DNA of 64,000 nucleotides from Carcharhinus amblyrhynchos. Lineage: Eukaryota. The notes beneath the pieces are model-generated. The model worked only from the letters and a program-made list of their open reading frames with translations, was not told where the DNA came from and searched no databases. Positions 1-11,429 of the stretch are shown piece by piece; the stretch's first letter is position 1, and every line of letters begins with the position of its first letter. Location of the stretch: the NCBI GenBank assembly GCA_965287045.1, contig OZ336889.1, forward strand, positions 16,554,001-16,618,000. Direction: 5' to 3'. The position numbers were made by a program, and so were the translations under genes.

Positions 1-219
1 TCCTTTTTAATACCCTAGGGCACAGGCCATTAGGTCCCAGAGACTTATTTGACTTTAGTTTATTCAATATTTTCTCCCTGATGATAGTTATTGCAGCATT
101 AACTAGTGTTTGAAAAATCTTCATTATTCTCTACCATGAAGACAGAGGCACACCACCCCTCCAGCTTTCCTCCAGCCCAAACCAATCCTCATGCAGAGTG
201 GAGGTCCCACCAGTGCACC

Positions 220-910
220 AAAAACCCTGTAGTTAGATGCACACAGAATAAGGTCAATCAGCTGACAGCACCGACAAATGGGTATGATTTGATAAGGATT
301 ACTGAAACAGGGGCAATTCTCCCATTGCAATCAGCAAATTTTTTGGCAGATCCATTCTGGAGAATCACTGCCCTTGTCCAGTGGGCACTTTGAGACACTT
401 CGCCTCATGGCAGTGCTGGGTGCATAGTGGCCATGCCCAAAGACCACTATCCCCCTGACGGCCCTGATTGCACCCCCCTGAAACACTCCAGTGGGGTTGG
501 GGAGCTATTCTCAACCTCACTGGAGTGAAGTACTCCTGGCAGGGTGAGATGCTGTTAGGCCTTGCAAGTTCCATGCTGGGCCCAGCAATCACATGGAAAA
601 TAAATTTAAACAGATTTAAATCACTTGCTCTCTTCTTGCCAGTTTCCAGCATAGTCCCAACTGCACCTGTTGCCTGGCTGTGGGAGATGTGCATTTGTCA
701 GGAATGCAATTGTTGGGAACACATGCATAAATCCTGCAATATGGCTGACACATGATTCTCCACAATGGACCCACCAAACAAATTTGCTGATCACAATGGG
801 AGAATTGCCCCTCTTATGTTTCAGTAATCCTTATCAAATCATACCCATTTGTCTCTTTGTGCTGTCAGCTCATTGTCCTTACTCTGCGTGCATCCAAGTA
901 CAGGGTTTTT
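220..910. repeat. Long inverted repeat (arms ~220-367 and ~753-910) containing Harbinger-MITE-like TIR
   Basis: gacaaatgggtatgatttgataaggattactgaaaca...ggggcaattctcccattg is mirrored by caatgggagaattgcccc...tgtttcagtaatccttatcaaatcatacccatttgtc; ORF track shows CFSNPYQIIPIC on both strands. Confidence 0.85.
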
Positions 911-1260
911 AAATATGTCCTCCTACTGCTTTGGCCTGCTCTTGCAGGATTTTATTGTGCACCATTTTTTCACACACTTCTCCCTCCTTTTCATTAATCT
1001 CTGATAGTAGCTATATTGGTCCTGCCTGTTCATCCTATGAATCTCTACTTGCATGCTAACCTGCTGGTTGGGTTCCCATTGACCATTACACTTGTTTTAC
1101 TCTTCCCTCTTCCTCCACAGAAACCCACACGCATGCACACTCCTTCTATGGCTTTGGTAGTAACCAAGAGATTATAACCCTTGGGGACGTGTTCTTTAAT
1201 TTGGTTTCTAATTGCTGATGATCCCCAAACAGATCCTCTTTCCTATTTTGCCTAGTTGCT

Positions 1261-1470
1261 TGTCCCAATAGAGTGCCAGGGATATGGGTTCACTTTCAGC
1301 CTCAGGTGACTGTCTGCGTGGAGTTTGCACTTTCTCCATGTCTGCATGGATTCCCTCTGGGTGCTCCAGTTTCCTCCCACAGTCCAAAGATGTGTGGGTT
1401 AGGTTGACTGGCCATGCTAAATTGACCCTAGTGTCAGGGGATTAGCAGGGTAAATATGTCAGGTTCTGCA
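1261..1470 (+). mobile_element. HE1/V-SINE-type tRNA-derived SINE, 5'-truncated
   Basis: Core ggagtttgcac...tgggtgctccagtttcctcccacagtccaaagatgtg...ggccatgctaaattg shared with other copies in the window. Confidence 0.85.
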
Positions 1471-2294
1471 TTATAGAAATTCTGATTAATCCTTGACAAC
1501 CATCACTAGTCTCTTTGCTCCTCCCTGTCTTAAATGGCCTCTGCACTACAGTGTAGTTTTCAGCCAGATCATCCTTCCTTCTGCCCTTTCCCTCATTCTC
1601 ACAGGGAGCAAGTACCTCATTCCTATTGAATAAGATCAAGAGCTGAGACCCCTCTGTCTGCCTCAGTCACACCCTGCTGTCCCTTAAAGCACATAAAGCC
1701 CCACTATATGGCCTGTGGAATGATTTTTGTACCAACATTTTCAATGTGTTGGCCATTTTCATCCCAGTCCATGAATTTTACAGAGGACTGCTACTCCAAT
1801 GGCAATCTGTTTTTCTCCCACATTTGCTGCAGTTAGGCAGCAAATAGGAGAAAACCTCCCCTTTTTGTCTTTGCTAGTCAGTAGCTGAATACCGCACTTC
1901 TGTCTGCAAGAACTCTGAATTGCAAATGGATGTCCAGTTGATTGAGACCATGAGGAACATCTTGGAAGCAATCTGGTCTTTGGCTACCAGTGTTTGCCAA
2001 CATTGCATCAACACAAATCCCTTGCAGCTAACACGACTCAACTGCTAGAAAAATATGGACTTGCCACTGGTAGATGACCTCAGCCACCCATCCAGTAAGT
2101 GCCTCCTCTCAATTAATGAACCTGCCCGAGCCAAGCAATTCTGCTGTAGACCTGTGGCATCAGACTAACAACCCAGAATTGGCTCCTAATTAATGATCTC
2201 ATGTTGGAAATCTCAGGCTTCAATCTTCCACATTATGAATAGGCCAAACTGAGCATGTTCTGCACTGGAGTCAGACACTGCTGCAACAACCCCA

Positions 2295-5113
2295 CAGGTG
2301 AAGGCTGGGATGAAGGCACTTTTATCTGAATGCACGAAGCATGTGGAATAAAGTGGATGAGCTGGTGGCGCAGATCAGGCACAAATGGATATGATCTGGT
2401 GGCCATTACAGAGACATGGCTGCAAGGTGACAGACTGGAAGCTGAATGTCCAGGGGTATCAAGTGGATAGGAAGGAGGAAAAAGTGGGGGGGGGGAACCA
2501 AAGAGCAGAACGTGGAATCATTGTGGGTGGAGATGAGGAACAGCAAAGGGAGGAAGATGCTGGTGGGTGTTGTTTATAGGCCCCCAAATAATGATCTGGA
2601 GGTGGGGTGGGCTGTTAACGTGCAAATAAATGCAGCATGCAGGAATGGAACGGCGGTAATTATGGGGGATTTCAATCTACATATTGATTGGTCGACCCGT
2701 GTTGGACACAGTGGGCTTGAGGAGGAGTTCTTGGAATGCTGCCGGGATAGTTTCCTCGAACAGTATGTGTTGGAGCCAACGAGGGAGTGAGCTATCTTGG
2801 ATCTGGTGTTATGTAATGAGGCGGGTAGAATTAGGGACCTTGTGGTGAAGGATCCTCTTGGGAAGAGTGATCATTGTATGGTGGAGTTTCTGATGCAGAT
2901 GGAGGAGGAGAAAGTGGGTTCCCGGACGTGTGTCCTTTGTTTGAACAGAGGGGAGTACGGTAGGATGAGAGGAATTGGCGAATGTTGATTGGGGGAGCAC
3001 GTTGGAAGGTAGGTCTGCTGAGGAACAGTGGAGGATCTTTAAGGAGATCTTTCTTGGTGCTCAGCAGAAATTTATTCCGATGGTTAAAAAGGATCGTAGG
3101 AGGAGAGGTAATAAGCCGTGGATAACGAAGGAGGTGAAGGAAAGTGTTAAATTAAAAGCGGATGCGTTTAGAGTAGCTCAGTAGTGGGTGAGAAGAGGAT
3201 TGGGAGAGGTTTAAATGTCAACAAAGAATGACAAAAGTTGATAAAGAAGGGTAGGAGAAACTGAAGCTGGGCTAGTGCTTAATATAAAAAAGATAGCAAG
3301 AGTTTTTATAAATACATAAAAAGGAAGAGGCTGGCTAGGGTGAACGTTGGACCCTTAGAGGATGAGAGGGGGGGACTTCGTGGTAGGGGATGGGGAAATG
3401 GCTGAGGCCCTGAACAACTTTTTTGTTTTGGTCTTCACGGAGAAGGACGTGAGTAATTTGCTGGGTGTTAGTGATGGAAAGATGGTAGGAGTGGAGGGCC
3501 TGAATGACATTATTGTTACTAGAGAGGCGGTGCTCGACAGACTGGAGGGACTGATTGTGGACAAGTCCCCAGGACCGGATGGAATGCATCCGAGGCTTCT
3601 GAAAGAAATGGCGGAGGTGATAGTGGATGCCTTGGTGGTTATTTTCCAAATGTCGCTGGATTCCAGGGAAGTGCCAGAAGATTGGAAAACGGCTAATGTT
3701 GTTTAAGAAGGGTGCCAGGCAAAAGGCAGGGAATTATAGGCCGGTTAGTTTAACGTCTGTTGTAGGAAAAAATGTTAGAATCTGTGATCAAGGAGAAAAT
3801 AGCGAGGCATCTTGAGAATTGTTTGGTAGAGCAGACGCAGCACGGTTTCGTTAAGGGGAAGTCGTGTCTGACAAATTTATTGGAGTTCTATGAGGATGTG
3901 TCTAGGGCGGTGGATAGAGGAGAGCCGGTGGATGTGGTCTTTCTGGATTTTCAGAAGGTGTTTGACAAGGTGCCTCACGAGGTTATTGCAGAAGGTCAGG
4001 GGGCATGGAGTTGGGGGTAGGGTGTTAGCATGGATAGAGGATTGGTTGTCAAATAGGAGGCAGAGAGTGGGGGTCAGTGGGTGCTATTTGGATTGGCGGT
4101 TGGTGACTAGTGGAGTGCCCCAGGGGCCTCAGCTATTCACCATTTTATATAGATGATCTGGAGGAGGGAACCGAGTGTATGGTGTCAAAATTTGCTGATG
4201 ACACCAAGACAATTGGTGGAATTGCAAATTGTGCGGAGGGTGTGGAGAGTCTGCAGAGGGATCTAGATAGGCTGGGCGAATGGGCCAGGAACTGGCAAAT
4301 GGAATTTAGTGTTGGCAAATGTGAGGTTGTCCACTTGGGTAGGAATAATGGTAGGAAGGACTATTACTTACGTGGCAAAACTGCAGCATGCGATGGTGCA
4401 GAGGGACCTTGGGGTCCTTGTGCATGAGTCGCAAAAACCCAGCCTGCAGGTGCAGCAGGTGGTCAGGAAGATGAATGGGATGCTGGCCTTAGCGAGGGGG
4501 ATTGAATATAAAAGTAGGGAGATCTTGCTGCAGCTGTATAGGGCATTGGTGAGGCCGCAGCTGGAGTACTGTGTGCAGTTTTGGTCGCCACACTTAGGCA
4601 AGGATATTTTGGCCTTGGAGGGAGTGCAGAGGAGGTTTACTAGGCTGATTCTGGAGTTGAGGGGGTTGAACTATGAGGAGGGGTTGAATAAACTAGGCTT
4701 GTACTTAGAGTTTAGAAGAATGAGGGGAGATCTCATTGAGATGTATAAGATGATGAATGGGATGGATAGGATAGAGGTGGAGAGACTCTTGCTGCTCAAA
4801 GGACAGTAGGACCAGAGGGCACAGCCTCAGGATAAAGGGGGTGCGGTTTAGAACGGAGTTGAGGAGGAACTTCTTCACTCAAAGGGTGGTGAATCTCTGG
4901 AATTCTCTGCCCGTTGAGTTGGTGGAGGCTGCCTCGCTCAATATTTTTAAGACGTGGATTGATAGGTTTTTGATAGGCAAGGGGATTAAGGGTTATGAGG
5001 AGAAGGCGGGAATGTGGAACTGAGCTACGACAGATCAGCCATGATCTTATTGAATGGTGGGGCAGGCTCGAGGGGCTAGATGGCCTACTTCTGCTCCTGT
5101 TTCTTATGTTCTT
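2295..5113 (+). mobile_element. CR1 LINE family A, ORF2 (APE endonuclease + RT), frameshifted
   Basis: [58 protein letters not shown] motifs; 3' end ttcttatgttctt; near-identical to 52518-55568. Confidence 0.95.
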
Positions 5114-7210
5114 CGGTTGGTGACACTGATTCACCCCTTTGCAACTGTGCAAACTGTAAAACATGCAGCCTGCGCTTCAGTGGTGGTCTCACTGCTCTAC
5201 ATCTGGCTGAATAGGCTGCCAACTGGCTGAAGAATTTCAATTTTGCCATCTAACTGTTCATTAGGGCATATGGTAGTAGTTTGAAAAACAACTATTAACC
5301 ACTAGTCTGGTTTCCTGTCACTCAGCCAATTTGAGATCTAACTTGGTTCACAAATTTTAAATTTGAGAGTTGTTTATATTTGGACAGAGTTTAACAGGGG
5401 GATAATTTAATTAGTCAGGGAGGTTGGCTGTGCTGCCTTACTGCCTCTGCCCCAGTTAAATGTGTAGTGGGAAGGCATTGACTCACCATGTGGACAGCTC
5501 ATCAGCAAATGCTGCTTTGGTTGCATATGGGTTTCGAGGAAGGGATGGGGCTGCAGAGGTGGGGTTTTCCTCATTCAAAGGCACTCTGTATCTGACTAAA
5601 GAATTTGACATGAAAAGTAGATAGGGTCTGCTGAGAGCCACTCTGTGTGCCCTTGCTGTTGACGTTCCCCTGCAGTTTTCTCTCCTGCCTTCACTTAGCA
5701 ATCCTGAACTTTGGGTGAGTGCATTACTGATAACTGCCACCCTTCCCTAGTTGCACTGCTGAATGATTAAGAAATGCTGAGCTCTGGCAGCTTTTGGTGG
5801 GCTGGCCTTCTGCCCCTTGTGGTCATTGATCCCAGATGAGGTCCATTGCTGGCCACATTGGCACTTAATGTGGCAGGCCTTTCTGAGACCTAATGCAGGG
5901 CTTATGCCAGCACTCCCAACTGTTGGGTAGACCCCCTTGTTGCCTACATTAACTTTCACCCTTTGACTCAGTTTGAACTTGACAAAAAGTATGAACTTGT
6001 TTGTATTGCACCTTTTTAACATCCACAGGATGCTCCAATGCTTCACAGCCAATTAATTGCATTTGAAGAGTAGTTGTTGTTCAGCACAGTAAAGATTAAA
6101 TTGATCTCAACCTTTTTTCACTAACTAGAGTCCAATATCTGCTGTTGTTTTTTCCTTGTATCTCTTTTGGGAATTTTAATTGTATTTTTGTTTTCTGACC
6201 TAAAAATTGACTGTAAACAATTTTTTTTTGAAGGGTACATAATGCTGGATTGACTAAACAAGAAATTCAAGATCTGGGATGTGCCATTGGAAGGGACACT
6301 AAGCCAAGGTTAAATACTGTATTTGTCACAAGGGAAAATTGGAAGGATAATTCTAAAAGCATCCTATTTCCTTCCAGTCCCTCCCCACTCCTCAAATTAA
6401 CACCACCCATTTCATGACTCTTGCTGCTTTGCATTCCAAACAGTTTAGTATTGCTAGAGGTTTTGTATACTGCAATTGGAATGAAAATTATGGGTGGTGT
6501 ACTATTTTTAACTACTTCATGCAAGTATTTTCCAGAGAGCCTGCTTAAGTCATTGTGCTTGTACACTCTTAGCTTTCCACTTAGTTTCCAGCTCCTAACC
6601 CCTTTTCCATATCCTTTAATTTTTTTAAGCATTTATTTTTTGTACTTCATTTTTTTTCTAGTAGGCATTTCCAGCAGCAATCCAGGTAAAATGATTTGGG
6701 TAAAAAATTCCAAAAAATGGAAGTGTTGGTTCCGGCACCAAAAAAAGGTGTTTCCTGCCAGTAGTACTTGAGCACTTGCAGCTGAATCTTATGCCTCATT
6801 TGTGGGCATAAAAATGATTGCTAGTTTCATGCCACTTCAATGTGTTAACTCTGTGCCTGCTGCACAATGACTTAACTTCTGCAAGTACTAGGGAAATCAT
6901 TATAAATGGCTTCCCTGCACTTGTTTCACAGCAGTTGAAGGAGATGGCAGACAAGAAGGCAGCACCAGCTTTGTTTGGAGGAAGCTCTCAGATGTGGATG
7001 GAGTGAAGCAGAGATGGGACATACTCTATGCCCACTCCAGGAGACTGCCTTCCAGCAGAGTCCTCGCCCCCTACCTGGGATGCAGCAGCAGCCATGATCA
7101 GCACAAGCACATTTCAGAAGAGGATGGAGCAAGTGTCAGAAGATGAATCATCTTATTTGCTAAGCCAGGGTAAATGAGCCATTCCCAGTTCCCCACCAGA
7201 CCACCTCACC

Positions 7211-7926
7211 TATTGAGACTCAGGCCAGAAACTCCAGGTGTTTTATGAAGCTAGCCTAGACCCTAGTTTTTTGCATCTGATTTTTGGCATTTGGCATAAG
7301 GTATTTCACTCCAAGTATAATTCAAGTGATCCACTAGGAAGCTTTCATCTAACAAAGTCAAAACAGAATATAACAAAAATAATAAGACTTAAACATGGCA
7401 CAGTATAATCTTAACAGCTCTAACTTCCAACATAAAGCAATATTCCACAGACATATGCCATTCTTTAGCATTAATTAGCACAAAAACAAGTATGCTCACA
7501 TGATGCTGGATTTCCAGCTTTAACACTTCCAAACAGCAAACCTGACAGCAGTTTTCAGAGAAAAGTATATCCTCCAATCCGTAAAACCAAGTAAATCCAG
7601 TCTCTAGTCGCTTCCAAAAACAGCCATCTCTAGATAACAGAGTCTCAAACTCTAAGGGGGGAAAAGGGACTGCTTTCTTTGTCAGCTTCAAGCAGCTTCC
7701 GTAAAAATGAAACTAAAACTGGACTTCTGCTTAAAAAAAAGTGTCCCCAGCTACCTGACCTGACTTCCAATCGCTGCCACCACCCCACCCGCCTCTCCAA
7801 TTGAGCTCTACTCAACACATCCCAGGGTAATGCTGAAACAACAGCGGGGGGGGGTCCCACCAACTACTAAAACATCCTGCAGTGAGACACGATTAAAATA
7901 TTTCGTAAAGACACAGTACTGTCACA
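7211..7926. mobile_element. Probable solo-LTR-like insertion inside the Harbinger element
   Basis: Compositionally distinct ~715-bp non-coding block ending in tgtcaca; 5' end degenerate; no clear TSD. Confidence 0.35.
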
Positions 7927-8946
7927 CTCTCTCAATCCTTTTCTCTCTCTCAGCCACCTTGGCCTCTGCTAATATCAGGCATTTGGTACCCCCCGGCAAC
8001 TTCTTCCCAGTAGCTGCTATGCTGTATCTCATACCCAAGCCCCATGCTTGCCACACCATCATTCTAAATGTCAGCACTCCCACCTACACTCCCTATCATG
8101 CACAGAGCTGAGAACCCTCCAGTTTTGTGGAGCAAGCTGTTGACCTGGCTGGGAAGGAGGAAGACTATGTCCATGCTGCTGGTGAAGTGGGGGCAGCAGA
8201 GAAACATGAGAATCCTCAACACATACTGTCATTGCTCTAGTTTCAAGTGAGTACCTGTGTCATCTTGCAGGCTGGATCATCCTCAGTGCTCTTGACCCAC
8301 TAGACTCCAGCAGTTGAAAGGGGGAATTCTCCAACCCCACTGGCATCACAGTTGTCATCCACATCAGGCACCAGCCCAAATACTCTCACCTTAGTGTGTT
8401 CAATAACTAGGCAGGCTTCTTGATCACTTGATGGTGAGCACCTCAGCTGAAAATCCACAGGATGTCCCAGGACCTAGCATTGTCAGGATACCAGAGGCCA
8501 GGACTCTGCGTCCCTTGCTGATGATGTGCCCTGGGGTCCCGTTGTGTCACAGTATTTGGGAAGGATCACAGCAATCCCTCCTGAATGCAAGGCTGACTGG
8601 AGGAATTGCATTGCCTTCTATCTGAGGAGATGGTGCCATCATTGCAGCGCATCAAGGCCAATGCTGCAAGATTGTCTGCAGTGGATACCTTTTGTACAGG
8701 ATGTGCACACATGGCAGAAGATGGCTGGACCATGGTGCAAGATGTTGACTGCATGGGGCAGGCACTAGTGGAAATCCAGAAGTATTATTGTCAGAGGATG
8801 GTGAGACTTTGCACATCAGCTGCCTTTGCATCCCAATTAGAAGCACAGGGAGGCACCCCAGGAACCTGATGAGAAGACGATAAGAGTACAGGCAAGGGAC
8901 TGTGAACATCTCCAGTCCCTGACACACCCATGAAGGAAACAGTTAC

Positions 8947-9270
8947 AAGTCTCTCAACACCAGGTTACAGTCCAAGTTTATTTGGTAGGGAAAGCCACTA
9001 GCTTTCAGAGCACTGCTCCTTCATCAGGTAAGGGGGTGTTCTGTTCACAAACATAGAACACTACAGTGCAGTACAGGCCCTTTGGCCTTCAATGGTTTCA
9101 CAAGTCAGTGCAACAATCTAAAGCCCTACACTATGCCAATATCATCCATATGTTTATCCAATGACCATTTAAATGCCCAGGGCATATGAAGACACCCATC
9201 AGTTTACAAAATAATGGTTGGAATGCAAGTCTTTACAAGTAATGAAGTCTTAAAGGTACACACAATGTCA
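8947..9270 (-). mobile_element. Penelope-like element terminal-repeat fragment, interrupted by a CR1 3' end (~9052-9177, minus)
   Basis: Matches 17723-17910 (caacaccaggtt...gccactagctttcagagc...catcaggtaag...gttcacaaac | cagggcatat...ggttggaatgcaagt). Confidence 0.85.
8995..9032 (-). ncRNA. Minimal type-I hammerhead ribozyme motif in PLE terminus
   Basis: Reverse complement reads ttac-CTGATGA-a-GGAGC agt GCTCT-GAAA-gc-TA-gtgg: conserved core, stem II, palindromic AGCU stem III. Confidence 0.65.
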
Positions 9271-11048
9271 CCTCAACCTCAGCTGGGGAACATCTTGGAG
9301 GGTCACAAAAATTTTGGAACTGTGGGTATGGGTGCATATTGGTGCCAATGTTGAGTCACCATTTTGATTTGAATGTTTGGCAGTAAATTTCACCTTGTTC
9401 ACCCACAGAGCCTCTACCCAACTGTTTTTGACCCCAAGTTTGGGGAATCACCAGGTGCCTCATCCCCTTTGAGTTTGAGAACAGCAGTGCATGTCCCTCC
9501 TCCCCTCTTGCTTGACCCCACTAAGGAAGGGCACTCCCTAAGCTGCAATATGGACAAGAATCCAGGAAAGTGGACATAGGAAGCACTACCTGCCTTCACA
9601 ACTCCTTTTAAAGCAAAGGGCACATCGCATAAAAGGCCTGCAAATAACCCCTCCTGACCACTCCCCAAAATGGTGATTCTGGGACACCTGCCCAGAGTTG
9701 AACATGTGTTGCCGGAGTCTGCTCCAGAGCACTGCATGCTGTGGAGAATGCTGGCTGCCTGAGTCCCAGACAAGTACTTGATGTATTAAAATGAGCTTTG
9801 TGCTCCTGTAGTGTGCTTCACATCACTCCTCCAGCAAGGGATTGGTAAGATCGGAAACATTCTGATGCAAATTATGCTCTCTGGATTTTGAGCATGTGCC
9901 ACCATTCTGCAGGCAGAGCGTGGGCTCAGTTGCCCCCATTATGTTTGTTTATGATGATTACCTTAACCCAAGCTCTCTCATTACTGACTTGGACAAGTGA
10001 AAATGTTGTTGCATGTGAATGTTTGTCCACTCACATCAGATCTCCTATCTGCAATTGCATGATTAAAAACACCTCTCCCTCAATTTTTCTTCTGTTATGG
10101 AAGACACTAGCACCAATATTTATAGGAGGGTTAAGGGGAGCCCAAGATGGCCAAAGAAATTAACAGGATCTCACCCTTTAGTTCCTCTTCCCATGGCTAT
10201 CAAAATTAATGGGAGATGGGCAGTTAACAAATGCAGCAAGGAGTTGATCACTAAGTTAGTTGGGGGTTGTTTTGGGACAGGAGCAATTGCTTCCCTGAGG
10301 GTCTGGGAACAGTACTATTGCTCCTGATCCACAAGGAATGCTGAAAGACACTTGTCAAGAGCTGCCTTGCAACTGTGAAAGCCTGATTTTAATGTTAATT
10401 AAATGTCACTCCACGCTGGACACTCTCCTGATAATGCTGCTATCTTTTGAGGTGTAACTAATAATTCTATAACTTTATTATATAAATAAACTTAAACTAA
10501 TTTCAATATTAATTTTGCTAAAATTGTACATTTTCTTGGCTATTTGCAGATTTGAAGATTTAGTTTTAACGCAATTGCCCAACTTTTAGTTTACCCTTGC
10601 ATAACTTACTGTGGTACTTTTGGTCTGAGCATAAGAACCTGAGTACCTGCTGATATGATATTTCTGACTGCTTTGAAGTATTGAGCTAATTTTATTACAT
10701 TAAATGCTGTTTAGTGAACTGTTTTTATAAAACAAATTCAATTATTGAGGCTCTTAATTTGCACTGTTCTTCAATATTTTAACACTGCTGGAAGGCTGTC
10801 TTAGTTTAATCCAGAGGGGGAATCGTTTTTCCTGGAAGGCTGGAACACTGGAAAGTGTAGTAAATACATCTGAAGGGGGGATATTTTACTAATCTGTTCA
10901 TGTGACTTGGGAATCTACCTCAGACAACCGAGAAAATATAGAATTAGTAACACTTTCACTGGTTTTGCTAAATCCACAACTTCTTGGCACTACAGCTACT
11001 TGATGACTGGCTTGGCTTAAATTTGATGTCTTATATAAAAATGTTTAT

Positions 11049-11058
11049 CCATATAAGG
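11049..11058. promoter_or_regulatory. CArG box (candidate SRF site) CCATATAAGG
   Basis: Exact CC(A/T)6GG in apparently non-repeat sequence; function inferred only. Confidence 0.35.
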
Positions 11059-11429
11059 TCATTGACTAAAAGACTGGCTCAGGATCTTGTGCAGATGTTT
11101 GCTCTCTCCTGGGACAGCTAAATGCTCAAATTTTTGACTTGCTCTCCTTTTACATTAGAAATTCTGAATCAAGTTGTGACACCCTGTCAATATGTAAGGA
11201 GGTGGAACAAAGATGAGTAAACATTCAAAAGAGAAGTTAAGGTATTGTACATAAGGGAAAAAGGATGACCAAATTCTCAATTTTTAATACATTTGATGTC
11301 AAAATTGTTGAGGATAAAGTTGAGCTCTAAGATTCTGAAGTTATCTTTTTAATCTGCCTCCCCTATCTCATGAGCAAGGGGTAAGGTTAATGATTTTAAA
11401 TACAGGGAACATGGCCTAAGCAAAAAGGG

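Larger units (their letters stand above)
1..1680 (-). mobile_element. Heavily decayed CR1-type LINE remnants (ORF1/ORF2 pieces) interrupted by younger insertions
   Basis: Minus-strand ORF 1442..1639 (LFNRNEVLAPC...) resembles the CR1 ORF1 linker seen at 11496 (LQNKYSCLST); 1-150 resembles ORF2 ASVF/GP region. Weak similarity. Confidence 0.45.
6698..9937. mobile_element. Decayed Harbinger/PIF-type DNA transposon carrying Myb/SANT-like ORF remnants (+), with nested insertions
   Basis: 8108-8490 and 9630-9910 are homologous to 36694-37170 and 38720/41460-41750 (e.g. atgtattaaaatgagctt); MADKKAAP...VDGVKQRWDILY-like Myb remnant at ~6944-7170; GGG...CCCCC termini. Confidence 0.6.
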
